A stretch of DNA of 63,410 nt, the filler included, from Octopus bimaculoides (lineage: Eukaryota), in assembly GCF_001194135.2 (NCBI RefSeq). It is 4 parts of 4 records of this genome, joined end to end, with 100 filler letters (N's around TTAATTAATTAA, not from the genome) between each part and the next. Parts side by side here need not be neighbours in the genome. Positions count along the whole stretch, not along the records: positions 18,794 to 43,278 come from NC_068988.1; positions 43,379 to 58,885 come from NC_069002.1; 2 more parts are not named here. One strand, written 5' to 3'. A model generated the notes under the pieces. The model did not search any database, was not told where the DNA came from, and saw only the letters and a program-made list of their open reading frames with translations. Positions 39,753 to 52,923 of this stretch are shown here, in pieces; position 1 is the stretch's first letter, and each line of letters opens with the position of its first letter. A program made the translations under genes and the position numbers.

Positions 39753-39810
<58 letters not shown>

Positions 39811-40075
39811 GTGTGTGTATGCTTGACTTTCTGTTTGCATGTGTGTATATGGGCAGGTATGCATTTGCCAACACTTCTAAATGCACGTGTATGCATTGTA
39901 TACCGGTGCGTTTACTTATCTCCAGATTCATTCAACGGTGCGTTCTGTGCGTTTATGTTTGTCTTTGTGTACGCGTTAATGTCAGAAACCCAACGTGAGC
40001 TTATTTACGCATTTGCATTATACGCCAATATGCGTCCTTGTATGTTAAGTATGTTGATGTGTATCTGTGTGTGTC

Positions 40076-40110
<35 letters not shown>

Positions 40111-40574
40111 TGATTAATGACATCTGCCCCAACTGTCATGTCTTAGAAAAATTTAGTCGATATTTAAATGCAATCATCCCTTCAATTAAACTGCCAAACT
40201 ACATCGACTACTTTCATTAGATGCAGCCAAATTAAAAATGTATATCATCAGTATTGCCGTAGTCATCGTCATTATACCCATCATCATCTCATCATCATCA
40301 TCATCATCATCATCAGTATCTCTATAAAAACCCCTAGAATTATCATTAGCATCGTCATCGTCTTCAACACCATTTGCTGTTGCCATTGTCACCGTCGTCG
40401 ACTTCATCATCAAAACGAGCCGTGATACGCATCTTCATGCTAATCGTGGTTATCCCCATTGCCACACTTTCTCCAGCTCCTCCTCCACCCCTCCTCTCTG
40501 AATCCTTCCATCCGTCCACCCATCCATCCTCCGCTTCGTCCGCTTCTTAGGCGTTGTTTATCAAGCTGCTCCCA

Positions 40575-40576
40575 TC

Positions 40577-40633
<57 letters not shown>

Positions 40634-40934
40634 GTCGTCGACGCCATCATCGTCGTGGACGCCATCATCGTCGTCGACGCCATCATCGTCGTCATCATCG
40701 TCGTCGTCGTCGTCATCATCATCATCATCATCATCATCATCAACACAATCATCATCATTTCGGCGTATTTATCGCTATCATCATCATTATTACATGCAGT
40801 AGCAACACACAACAGCAAGAGCGTCTTCATCATCATCATCATCATCATCATCGTCGTCGCCATCATCGTCGTCGCCATCATCGTCGTCGCCATCATCGTC
40901 GTCGTCGCCATCATCGTCGTCGCCATCATCGTCG

Positions 40935-40991
<57 letters not shown>

Positions 40992-41180
40992 NNNNNNNNN
41001 NNNNNNNNNNNNNNNNNNNNNNNNNNNNNNNNNNNNNNNNNNNNNNNNNNNNNNNNNNNNNNNNNNNNNNNNNNNNNNNNNNNNNNNNNNNNNNNNNNNN
41101 NNNNNNNNNNNNNNNNNNNNNNNNNNNNNNNNNNTCGTCGTCATCGTCGTCGTCGTCGTCTTCGTCGTTATCATTATTGT
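40575..41180. repeat. (CAT)n/(CGT)n compound trinucleotide with 15- and 18-bp higher-order units
   Basis: catcatcgtcgtcgc and cgccatcatcgtcgtcga units. Confidence 0.95.
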
Positions 41181-41427
41181 TTTCGTTACCTGTATAATGA
41201 TGATACATCACCAACATCAACCACAACAATGACCAGAAGCAGCGTCACCAAGACCAGCAGTTGAACCGTCATTGCCATCATCGTCATCATGGTCATAATC
41301 ATCAACGTTATCATGAGCATCTTTAATACCATTTGCAGCAACAATCAACAATCGCCCTACCATCATTCATAATGCTAACAACATAAATATCCACCTGTAA
41401 TATTGTTTTCACATTTTGGCTCACGAC

Positions 41428-41625
41428 TAGGAATTTCAAGGAAAAAGAGTGAATCCATTGCTTCGCCTCCATTGCTTACCTGGTAGTTTTATTAATTTTT
41501 TTTTATCGACACCAAAAAGATTAAATGAAAAGCAACTTCGGCGGAAGTTAAGCTCATAACGCAAAGACTGACGAAATCCCGCTAGGCACTTTACCAGGCG
41601 TGCTAACGGCTCTATCATCTCGCTA
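41428..41625 (-). mobile_element. SINE family A, diverged; a second partial plus-strand copy lies at about 41700-41810
   Basis: ttatcgacacc..cttcggcggaagtt..ggcgtgctaacg. Confidence 0.65.
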
Positions 41626-41814
41626 TCCTACGTCGACTTGTACTATTACAACCTTCGTTTTTAGGTGACAAGATTGGCAAAATATTTTGCACGCTGGACA
41701 AAATACGTATTGGCATTTCGTCTGTCTTTGCTTTCACATTCAGCCGAGGCCGAGTTTGCCTTTCATCCCGTCACAGTCAATGTTATTAAGAACTGGGATC
41801 AATATAATCGACTA

Positions 41815-42215
41815 CTGTAGGCACAAGGATTACCACGCAAAAATTTGAGGAAGATCTTGCACCTATAATAGAAACCAATGTTACACCCATCGCACGTCGG
41901 TGAATTTGAAGTATACATGAAAGCTGGTCTGTTGAACATACTCTGGTAATAGATATCAAAATCTTTAGAATAGACACCAAATCGGCGTCCGCTATTAGTA
42001 GGACAAGATACTGCAATAGCCTGGGCTTCAAAGGTCTACAGGTCTTCAATATCCTCCGGAAGGACCTGAGAGACCTACATGCGGTGGATATAGGTGTCTT
42101 CAAGATGAGTCTGGACCTCTTCTTGTCAGGTATCCCAGATGAACCAACTTCACGGCAGGAGGTGCAGATTAGTGCACCTGCATCAAACTCTCTCATGCAC
42201 CAAATGCCAATTCCT
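41815..42215 (+). mobile_element. CR1-clade LINE 3' end fragment
   Basis: RYCNSLGFKGLQVFNILRKDLRDLHAVDIGVFKMSLDLFLSGIPDEP resembles the CR1/L2 ORF2 C-terminus. Confidence 0.75.
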
Positions 42216-42494
42216 GAAGTAAAATTCGTGAAGTAAAATTGTGTAGCAACACCAAATGGTGGTGCCCCAGCATGGCCACAGCTCATGAGCTGAAAGTAGA
42301 TAAAATGAAAGAATGAAAACAATGAAAAATATATATATATATATATATGAATGTTACATGCATGCACACACATATTCATTAAAAAGTANNNNNNNNNNNN
42401 NNNNNNNNNNNNNNNNNNNNNNNNNNNNNNNNNNNNNNNNNNNNNNNNNNNNNNNNNNNNNNNNNNNNNNNNNNNNNNNNNNNNNNNNNNNNNN

Positions 42495-42526
<32 letters not shown>

Positions 42527-43235
42527 GGTATTCATATAGTAGACAAAAATCAAATACGTAATTAGTTGCTGTGCATGAATTATAAGATATATCATTACGG
42601 TAACACCTTGCAAAGAGTCCAGATCCATTTGGTTCGGGGGCTACACAATGGCGTCGTATTGATTTTAGCCGCATAAATTTCTATAAAATAATATTGATGT
42701 CTTCTGGAGCAAAAATGTCCATTATTCTTTTATTTAATGGTCGATTCCACGTATGCAAAGCAAATCTGCAAAACCTTTTAAGCCTATACTTCTCTACCAG
42801 TCAATACTATACATCTGTATAATGTTCTGTAGTAAAAGGTTAGTGCAAGATTATGCGGCTATTATGATATCTCGTCGAAGAGTTTTTTTTCTTTCGTTAC
42901 AGCAACAGAATATATATGGTTTCTTTCTATCTCGTATATTTTATATTTTATTTTAATTTTTCTGGTGTGCTTATTACTATTTTGTATGTGTGCGTGTGTG
43001 TGTCTTATCTTGCTCAATCTTCCTTCTATGGTGAGATTTCATCTCCAACCTATTCATAATTTAAAGTTTTTTTTTTGTTGCTGAAGCCGTAATGCATGCA
43101 TAAATAGATACATACGCACACACCCACATACGTACATACACATACACACATATATAATTTGCTATAATATAATATAATACATATATACATATTTATATTT
43201 TTTGTGTTTATGTGTACATATGATTACATATACAC

Positions 43236-43278
<43 letters not shown>

Positions 43279-43378
43279 NNNNNNNNNNNNNNNNNNNNNN
43301 NNNNNNNNNNNNNNNNNNNNNNTTAATTAATTAANNNNNNNNNNNNNNNNNNNNNNNNNNNNNNNNNNNNNNNNNNNN

Positions 43379-43516
43379 ATCGACCCCAGGACTTATTCTT
43401 TAGAAGCCTAGTACTTATTCTATCGTTCTCTATTGCCGAACTGCTAAGTTACAGGGACATAAACACACCAGCATCGGTTGTCAAGCTATGTTGGGGGGAC
43501 AAGCACAGACACACAA

Positions 43517-43547
<31 letters not shown>

Positions 43548-43725
43548 CATATACATATATACGACGGGCTTCTTTCAGTTTCCGTCTACCAAATCCACTC
43601 ACAAGGCTTTGGTCGGCCCGAGGCTATAGTAGAAGACACTTGCCCAAGATGCCACGCAGTGGGACTGAACCCGGGACCATGTGGTTGGTAAGCAAGCTAC
43701 TTACTACACAGCCACTCCTACGCCT
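43379..43725 (-). mobile_element. CORE-type tRNA SINE family B with internal microsatellite and 3' module, near intact
   Basis: Head with A/B boxes (ggctgtgtagtaag, gggttcagtccc), CORE-like cttgggcaagtgtctt, (TA/TG)n linker, then the gacaaccgatgctggtgtgttt..aagtactaggc module. Confidence 0.9.
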
Positions 43726-44350
43726 ATACGTGTTTCATAACCAGGTTTTCAAATAGAAAATAAAATATAATCAAATCGATTAAATCGATCAAAAATATAG
43801 CTAATCTTCAGGTCAAAATACAACAATAATAATAATAAAATGAATGTATATAATAAAATACTTATCATATCAAGATAGAAAAATGTTAAACAATATTATT
43901 AAAAAGAAATGTAATACTAATCTTATCGAAAATTATAAACGTGACATTATCAACTTTACGTTTATTAGAATATAAACTAACAGAAATATTAAATGCAAAT
44001 CTTATCTTAACGAATCTTTCGTTTAAAATACAATTTAAACTAAGTTTTAGGTTAAACTAAAATTATAAACGTAATATAAATAACTTTAATTTTAATATAA
44101 ACTAAGAAAAATTTTAAATGTTGTACTATTAACTTAACCTTAATTAAAATATTAACTAATAATCAAAGAAATTATATAAAAAATCTACTTATTTATCCCT
44201 TAAACCAAAAAAAAAAAAATGAAATATTAAACAATATTATTGGAAATAAATGCAACACTAAACTAATCGACGTTTTGGTTTAAACTAAAATGTTAAACTT
44301 TATACTATTTACTTAGTGTTAAATAATATAACAGCTAACATTAAATATCA

Positions 44351-44540
44351 ATTGAATTAATATAAAAATACATATTTTCCCAATCTATGATAGAAAAACA
44401 TTTAACAATATTATTGAAAGCAATAATTATCTCAATGATACTATAGTTTAAACTATTGAGATAATTATTGCTTTCAATAATATTGTTAAATGTTTTTCTA
44501 TCATAGATTGGGAAAATATGTATTTTTATATTAATTCAAT
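44351..44540. repeat. Perfect inverted repeat, 86-bp arms, 18-nt spacer
   Basis: 44351-44436 is the exact reverse complement of 44455-44540. Confidence 0.95.
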
Positions 44541-44756
44541 AAAGATATTTCTGATGTTGAATCTATTTGTAATTTGAACAGAAGGAATCCACATGGAGTA
44601 TTCCCGTCAGAAGTTCCACTAAATCCAAACGCAACAAACCCTAATGTAGTTGCCTGGACCATCCTATACCCCCAGCCACCACCACCACCGCCACCACCAC
44701 CACCGCCATCGCTGCCACCACTTCCTCCAACGTCTACCCTCTTCTCTTCGTCCTGA

Positions 44757-44960
44757 TTGGCTTAATGTCCCCCTTTCCCATGTTTGCATGGGTCAAACAG
44801 AATTTGTTGAAGCTCCTTTTCTACAGCTGGATGCTCTTCCTGTCTCCAACTCTCTCCTGTTAGCAAGTAAGGTACTATTTGTCCCTGTCCAGACATGCTT
44901 TTCACAGAAGACCAGAAACGAATGACATTGCTTCTTCAAGTATGGTGCTGCTGTTATTTT
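44757..44960 (-). mobile_element. Family D, diverged
   Basis: ttaatgtccccctttcccatg..ttctacagctggatgctcttcctg. Confidence 0.6.
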
Positions 44961-45023
44961 ACAACTGTCATGTGGTATGAAGACAAAGGCACAAACGTAC
45001 TTGCATACAATACGTATATATAG

Positions 45024-45681
45024 ACAAATACAGGTATATCAAATACTATACAACATAAGTTCTTTATTTATTAAAAGCATGTCTGCCTCTAGAGGTTATG
45101 CCATAATTGCCAAATTGCAATTGACAACTCCAAATGAAAAAAGAGGAGATAATGTTATGAATGAAGAATTCTTCAAAGCTGACATGCCATAACAGAAGAG
45201 AACAGGCTTATTGTCCTGAGATGAGTGGACAGTCATGGACACATCTTTCTCCCTCATTGATGGACACATGTTTTCCTCTCAGAAGGCACCGTCAGTATCA
45301 CTGTTGTTCTTACCTATCTCTAACAGCCATGGGACACAGACTTATACAAAAAAAAGTATAACTCAGTTATGGCCAAGGCGATTTGCATATATTGAACAAA
45401 AAACAAAAGCTAAGGGGGAATAACTCAGAGTAGCCAGTGACATGTATTTGAACAACATACACAAATACAGGTATATTAAATACTGTACAACATAAAGTCT
45501 TGATTTATTAAAATTGTCTCCACCTCTAGAGGATGCATCATAATTACCAAATTGCGATTGAGATCAGTTTCATATGAGAAGGGGAGATAATTTCAAGAAT
45601 CAAGTATCCTCCAAAGTTAACATGCCATTGAGGAGAAGGACTGGATTATTCTCAAGAGTGAAGAGGGCAGTTGTGGACATG
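45024..45681 (+). repeat. Diverged direct duplication, period about 437 bp
   Basis: 45024-45243 vs 45461-45681 (acaaatacaggtatat..cctctagagg..ggagataat..catgccat..ggaca). Confidence 0.85.
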
Positions 45682-45896
45682 TGTTTCTCAATAAGCATCA
45701 TCAGCATTAGAGAAATTAGTAACTTTAAATGGCTCAACAAAATTCATTCACAAAGGTTCTTTTTTACCCAAGGGTATACAGAAGATGCTTGAGATGTTGC
45801 TTACAGGAATTGAACTGGAAATAACTCGGTTACAAAGTGAATTCCTTAGCTACGCAACCAGTCCAGCACCCATGGACAGAGAATCCGAGCTGCTGA

Positions 45897-46296
45897 CACA
45901 TTTTTCTGCAAAATATGGATAGTTTATCCTGTTCATTCTATATTATTAGCTTTATCCTGTGTTCGAGAATAAAATGATTTCCTTATCTTTCAATACATCT
46001 CAACACTTCTAAAGCAAACTTTGTTTGTTTACTTTCATCGTAATTTGAATTTAACATACGATGGTGTCTAATAAAGGTAGATCTATATACCCTAAGTTTG
46101 CAGAAGAGTTTGTTGTTGGGTCAGTTTAGCTTAAAGGTAAAGCACTGGGACATGTAATCACAGGGATGTGAGTTTCGGTCTCATGGCTGGTCACCGATAC
46201 ATTTTTGTGCAAAATATGTATAGTTTATCCTGTGCATGCTGTATTATTAGCATTATCCTGTGTTTGAGAATAGAATTATTTCTTTATCTTTATATA
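45897..46296 (+). repeat. Direct duplication of about 100 bp, period about 301 bp
   Basis: 45897-45995 vs 46198-46296 (gcaaaatatg.atagtttatcctgt..tattattagc..gagaata). Confidence 0.85.
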
Positions 46297-47096
46297 ACTT
46301 GGCTTTAAAGATTTCTTCAAATCCTTACTTTTGCAAACCTGTTCTCTTGTTAGTTACGAAACTTCGTCTGAATAGACAACATAAACAAACAAGGCAAACC
46401 AAAACAGATGAATGAAATTGAAATAATAAAATAAACAAGTAAATAAATAATTGAGTGAAAAAATTTGCTGTAAAATCAAGTTATTTTAAAGATCATTTAA
46501 TAGTTTAAAAGAAGCCGTTTAAGTGAATGGCGCTCAGAAGATGGTTCCAATTCTTTGGAAGCATAAAAATTTGATTTGATTTTCAAGCAATTTGAAATAT
46601 TAAGGAAATGAAGGCGACATCTATATTAATTGATCTTTCTTTAATGAAACCAAACAAATGTTTTCTGGAAAGTTGCGGAGATTGCAATTTGTATTCGATC
46701 GACTCCAGTCTAATTAAATTGGTAGTCATGCCCTACTCTACATAAACCACATGTATATACATATGTACATACACATGTATATATAATATATATATATATG
46801 TATACGAATATATGTGTGTATATATGTGTGTGTGTATACACACACACATATATATATACATACCTACATACATATATATATGTATATATATATATATATG
46901 ATATATATTTATGCAATATATATTTAATATACATATATCATTTTCTCTCTCTCTNNNNNNNNNNTATATATATATATATATACATATATAATACATATAT
47001 GTATATATATATATATATGATATATATTTATGCAATATATATTTAATATACATATATCATTTTCTCTCTCTCTTTTTCTCTCTCCCTTTATAAACA

Positions 47097-47127
<31 letters not shown>

Positions 47128-47327
47128 ATACTTGCATTCATGCATATGTATATAAATTTGCACACTCACACACATCGCACACACACCACACACATCCACA
47201 CATACACACACATACATATGTATATTATATATAAATATATATGCATGTATGTGTGTGTATTTATATACACATTTTCATGTAACTATGTTTTAATCTATCT
47301 CTACGTTTCTCTCCCTCTCTCTCTCTC

Positions 47328-47367
<40 letters not shown>

Positions 47368-47829
47368 TGTTTTCTGGAAAGATGCATTCTTATTTGTCTC
47401 CTCTTGTATCTTTTCTCTTGTCAAAGACAATATTCCTCCAGCGTTCACTACCTTGCAGCCCTCCATGTTTGTTTCTGTTTGGTTTGTTGTATGACTCCAC
47501 AGTCCTGTTTTTGTTACCAACTTTGACCCTCCACAAATCCCAAATTCTACTTTGGTTCTCAGGAACAACTGCCTTTCGAAGTCTCATATCATTGTTCAAT
47601 GCTCGAAATGAGGAGCAGATGGACAGCCGGCAACTGACGGAGGGTTGTTCTTTATGCTACTTGTCTTGTTTTCCATTTGCTTCTCTCGTTGTTCGCATAC
47701 CCAAATTAGTCTTCGCATTTCATGTTGTTTTCATATTTCGTATTTCATGTTGTTTACGTTTTGTGACGTCCTGTATCCATATATGCATATATATACATAT
47801 ATATGTATGTATGTACATATATGTATATA

Positions 47830-47876
<47 letters not shown>

Positions 47877-48304
47877 TATTTATATTATTATATATATGTA
47901 TGTATATATATATTTTTTTTCTCCTGCTTTTAGTCATTCAGTTTCTTCTTCTGAGTCAGGAGTGAATTTTTAGCAAAGATACGAAACTCCATCATTCGAG
48001 TGCAAGTAGCAAAAACAAAATCACATTTTGAACTTGGAAAAGTCTTGCATAGTCTTACTGTTCCACTTACAGATTGTATTTATAATGGTTTTTAGTCTGA
48101 TAACCAAATTACACACATTAAGGTCACTAAAGTTTTTATCATTGTTCCATTTGATTTCTGACTATCGCAAATCTCTTCCGGTCTTCATTCTTCCATCCCA
48201 TATCTCCTCTCCTCTGTTATTTTTCTTCCTTTCCCTCTTCTATTTCTTCCTTACTCTTTCCCTTTGTTCATCTTCTCCATTTCATCACTTTCTTTTTCCC
48301 TTTT

Positions 48305-48580
48305 TATCTTTCTTCCATTCACCACATTTGGTCGAGCAAATCGACTCCAGGACTATCTCTTTGTAAGCCTAGTACTTATTTTATCGGTCTTTTTTGCCGA
48401 ACCACTAAGTTAAGGGGATGTAAACACACCAGCAATCGGTTGTCAAGCGATGTTGGGGAGACAAACACAGACACACAAACATACACACACACACACACGC
48501 ACACACACACACACACACATATATATATACATATATACAACAAGCTTCTTTCAGTTTCCGTCTACCAAATTCACCCACAA
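48305..48580 (-). mobile_element. SINE family B, 3' module plus part of the head
   Basis: gcctagtacttatt..aaacacaccagcaatcggttgtcaagcg..tcagtttccgtctacc. Confidence 0.85.
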
Positions 48581-48654
48581 GGGTATATATATGCATGTAT
48601 GTGTATGTATGTGGCAGATGTGCAGGAACAATAACCACTAAGAGCACATGGAAA

Positions 48655-49215
48655 TTATATCCTTTCAAATGCCCAGGAAGCCCTCTTGAGGTTGTAGATA
48701 GTTTCTGTTACCTAGGTGACCAAATTATCAATAGTATTGTTTCTAAAATAAGAATTTGGTGGAGGAAGTTCAGAGGGCTGTTACCAGGAAAAGGACTCTC
48801 TCCCAGAGTGAAAGGTAGACTGTATGATGCTTGTGTGTGAATGGCTATATATGCCATGGTAGTGAGACGTGAACTCTGGATGCAGAAGACATGCATAGAC
48901 TGGAGAGGAAATGAAGGTAGTATGATCCGTTGGATGTGCAACATCAGTGTGCATGTACAACAAAGTGCAAATGTATGAGAGAAAAGTTGGGCATAAGAGG
49001 AATCAAATGTAGCATGCAAGAGAGAAGACTACGTTGGTTTGGACATGTGATGTGTATGAATGAGGACAGCTGCATAAAGAAGTACCGATCACGGATGGGA
49101 GAGACCCAAGAAAATGTGGGACAAAGTTGTAAGGACCGATTTCAGGATGTTGGGCCTCACGCAGGAAATGTCAATGGACTGAGATGACTGGCAATATGAA
49201 GTTTTTGAGAAGACC
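48655..49215 (+). mobile_element. RTE-clade LINE 3' fragment (RT thumb / C-terminus)
   Basis: LEVVDSFCYLGD..WRKFRGLLP..RVKGRLYDACV..HGSET..ERRLRWFGHVM, disrupted by stops and frameshifts. Confidence 0.85.
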
Positions 49216-50701
49216 TGACCACGTCAGTGAAACTGAGTTCTAGAAGCAATGTGTGTCCCACCCATACTTAAGAAAACTTCTTACACACTCCACCACAACA
49301 AACCAAACTATCTCTCCACACTTCTCTTCCTCACATGCTTACCTCCCGCTCTCCAATCCTGTCCTCTTGGCCCTGTGGCACTGTATCATTTCTCTCCGCT
49401 AACCCCCAACCTGTGTGCTCCACTTACACATAGCAAGAAAACTTTTCACGCACCCTACCCCAACAAACCAATCTACATCCCTTCTCTTCCTCATATTTCT
49501 TCCTCTAAAGACTATGCCTACTTCTCCCTGCCCAATCTTATCTTCATGGCCCCTGTTTCTCTGTATCATTGCTATACAGTAGCCCCCCCTTCTATATACA
49601 CCTAGGTTTTTACCACTCACTTCCCCGCCTCTGCACTTTCTAATCACGCTTCTTTGGCAGTATCTTGTCACTTATGTTATGACCTTTGAACCTCAAGGGT
49701 ATGCCCTGGCACTTGCCACCATCTATATCTCTCTCTTCCTTTACTCAACCATCTCATTTATATTCTGATCCCTGTCCCTTGTGACTCTGCCTGGCACTTT
49801 GCCACCATCTCTATCCTGCTGTCTCCCACTCTCTCTCTCTCTCTCTCCTTCTCCTGCACTTCCCTCAGGTTGGGCAACCATGTATCTCCTTTGCTGCAGC
49901 ACACCTGCTTCTGTCCTCATCCCTGATCTCTCTCTCTCTCCAGGTAACCNNNNNNNNNNNNNNNNNNNNNNNNNNNNNNNNNNNNNNNNNNNNNNNNNNN
50001 NNNNNNNNNNNNNNNNNNNNNNNNNNNNNNNNNNNNNNNNNNNNNNNNNNNNNNNNNNNNNNNNNNNNNNNNNNNNNNNNNNNNNNNNNNNNNNNNNNNN
50101 NNNNNNNNNNNNNNNNNNNNNNNNNNNNNNNNNNNNNNNNNNNNNNNNNNNNNNNNNNNNNNNNNNNNNNNNNNNNNNNNNNNNNNNNNNNNNNNNNNNN
50201 NNNNNNNNNNNNNNNNNNNNNNNNNNNNNNNNNNNNNNNNNNNNNNNNNNNNNNNNNNNNNNNNNNNNNNNNNNNNNNNNNNNNNNNNNNNNNNNNNNNN
50301 NNNNNNNNNNNNNNNNNNNNNNNNNNNNNNNNNNNNNNNNNNNNNNNNNNNNNNNNNNNNNNNNNNNNNNNNNNNNNNNNNNNNNNNNNNNNNNNNNNNN
50401 NNNNNNNNNNNNNNNNNNNNNNNNNNNNNNNNNNNNNNNNNNNNNNNNNNNNNNNNNNNNNNNNNNNNNNNNNNNNNNNNNNNNNNNNNNNNNNNNNNNN
50501 NNNNNNNNNNNNNNNNNNNNNNNNNNNNNNNNNNNNNNNNNNNNNNNNNNNNNNNNNNNNNNNNNNNNNNNNNNNNNNNNNNNNNNNNNNNNNNNNNNNN
50601 NNNNNNNNNNNNNNNNNNNNNNNNNNNNNNNNNNNNNNNNNNNNNNNNNNNNNNNNNNNNNNNNNNNNNNNNNNNNNNNNNNNNNNNNNNNNNNNNNNNN
50701 N

Positions 50702-50770
<69 letters not shown>

Positions 50771-51645
50771 ATATACATGTACATATAAAAGATGGAGGTG
50801 GAAACAGCACAGAAGTAAATCTAAGACATTCCAATTTAGAAAGAATTCAATAAAATGATTTAAAGATTATATAAAGAAAGTATAAAATATTAATGGCTTC
50901 GATGATGAATTTCGTTTTATTAAATATTAATAAACATTTATAAAAGTCTGAAGTAAAAACAGTTATTTTCTGTTTGGTGGTCAAAACATGTCAGGAGTTC
51001 TTTTTTTGTCGAAGACTTCTTTAAATATAGTTCAGTATAGAGTTCAAGGTGATAGAGAGAAAGAGAGGGGAGGTAGTTGTCTATTGTCTAAAAAAAATCT
51101 CTATGGGTTCGTGCTGAGGGAGTGACTTAAAAGCATTTATTGAATGGGTTTTATGTCCAGCTGTGTGTGTGTGTGTATGTATTGTGTTGAATGTCCTTGC
51201 AATATGTCTGGAATGTGACCAGCTGTGTGTAAATGCGTGTGTATGTTGTGATGAATGTTTTCTTAAAAAAAGAACTAAGATTTTCCTTCTTTTTAGTGTA
51301 TGTGGGTTTGAGCTGTGTTTTCTTTTGAGTTTCTCCAGCTGTGTTTATGTGTGTGTGTGCAGACATGTATGTGTGTTTTCTTGTGATGTCTTCTTTTGTG
51401 TGTCAGTGTGTGAGTGTATGTGTGTGTGTTTGTTTGTGTGCAGGTATATTTATAGATATAGATAAAGATATAGATAGTAGATATATATACACATACATAC
51501 ATACACATATATGAGACGAAAATTTTTCATATTCGCTGCCTGCACATATCTTTGCCTCTTTACATTCAGTGAAGCTTTACCTAGCATCAAAAGGTTATCG
51601 ACTGCTATTTCCAGCAAAAATCGGTACCTTGTTGTGCCACTATTT

Positions 51646-51690
<45 letters not shown>

Positions 51691-51754
51691 CAAAGAATAT
51701 GTATGCATGTATACCCACATATATGTACATACATCTACATGTATATATAGATGC

Positions 51755-52140
51755 ATATCAGGGTACAGGACGTTAGAACAATGAACTACAGACAACGGAA
51801 CGAACACATAGGAAAACATAGCCACTTGGAATTAATCCTTCGTCAGCTGCCTCTATTCTAGCTACACGTTTCGAAGATAAGGCAGGACATACTCTAGAAT
51901 AGTCTCTTCCTGAGTAGTGGATCGACCCACTAAACAGAGGATTCCAAGGTGGCAAACACAAACCAAGACAGGAAAAATGGACAGTTAAAACAACATTAAA
52001 AAGCCGTACGGCCAAACACGAATCTGATATTGAACGCTAGTGATAGGACGAAGATGGACGGAGAAAAGACAGTTCGTCTCGCCTTCATAGTGGCAGGAGT
52101 GAAAAGAGAGAGTTGAACACAGGTCACACGTGAGCAGAGA
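51755..52140 (-). mobile_element. Penelope-type terminal-repeat remnant
   Basis: Minus strand ctcaggaagag..cttcgaaacgtgtagc..gctgacgaagg. Shares caagacaggaaaa..tacggcca with 18855-18895. Confidence 0.5.
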
Positions 52141-52923
52141 GGATGGTAGAGGGAGGAAGTGGAACAAGGTAGAAGAGAGAGATGTGTATAGCAGTGAAGT
52201 AGAAGCCAGGACAACAGAAGGAAGCAGAGCGAGAGGGGGAGATGGGTAAGAAGAAAGATAGATAGGTAGATAGATAGGTAGATAGATAGAGGGATAGATA
52301 GGTATAGACAAAGAGAGGGAGAAAGAGCAGTTAAAGCCAGACTCCATCGTGTTGAATGGCCGTTGTTTTTTAAAAATAAAAATAAAATAGAAACAAATGG
52401 ACTTTTCTCCTTGGTGTGAAAATGATGCAAGATGGGTGAAATAAATGAAGTCTATTTTATTAATTATTGTGGTCAATATAAAACTAGTTTCATGATTAAT
52501 GTACAAACAAAACAAATCAACTTTAAAAAAATTAACTTGATTTAGGAGCACATTTTCCTATCTTCAGTTGTATGTACCATATTTTAAGAAAAAATATAAA
52601 AAACAATAAAATATATTTACTTTCATTTATCCACACATATATATATATTGGAAAAAATATTTAAGAATCGATAAGAAGTATTTTCCAAACCAATGGTATG
52701 TATAAGCTTTTTTTTCAATATCCATTCTTATTTATTGGTTGGTTCTATATTTAATTGTGGTTTATACTTGTTAATAAATTGCCTTTCTTTATTCAGTTTT
52801 TGTTGTTAGTTGAAAGATCTTGAAATTGGGTAAGTCCATTCTTGCACAGGTTGCAATGTGACTGCTTAAAGGTATTTTCCACATGTTTTTGTCTTGCATC
52901 TGTTGGCGATATGTATGTATGTA

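Noticed and set aside
40459-41232. 257-aa His/Arg-rich ORF
   Set aside because: Entirely a CAT/CGT repeat spanning a gap, with no unique domain or splice support.
43770-44670. Mitochondrial insertion (NUMT)
   Set aside because: AT-rich, but I recognise no mitochondrial gene, rRNA or tRNA sequence. Not excluded without blastn.
46891-47072. Direct duplication around a 10-N gap
   Set aside because: Same overlap artefact pattern.
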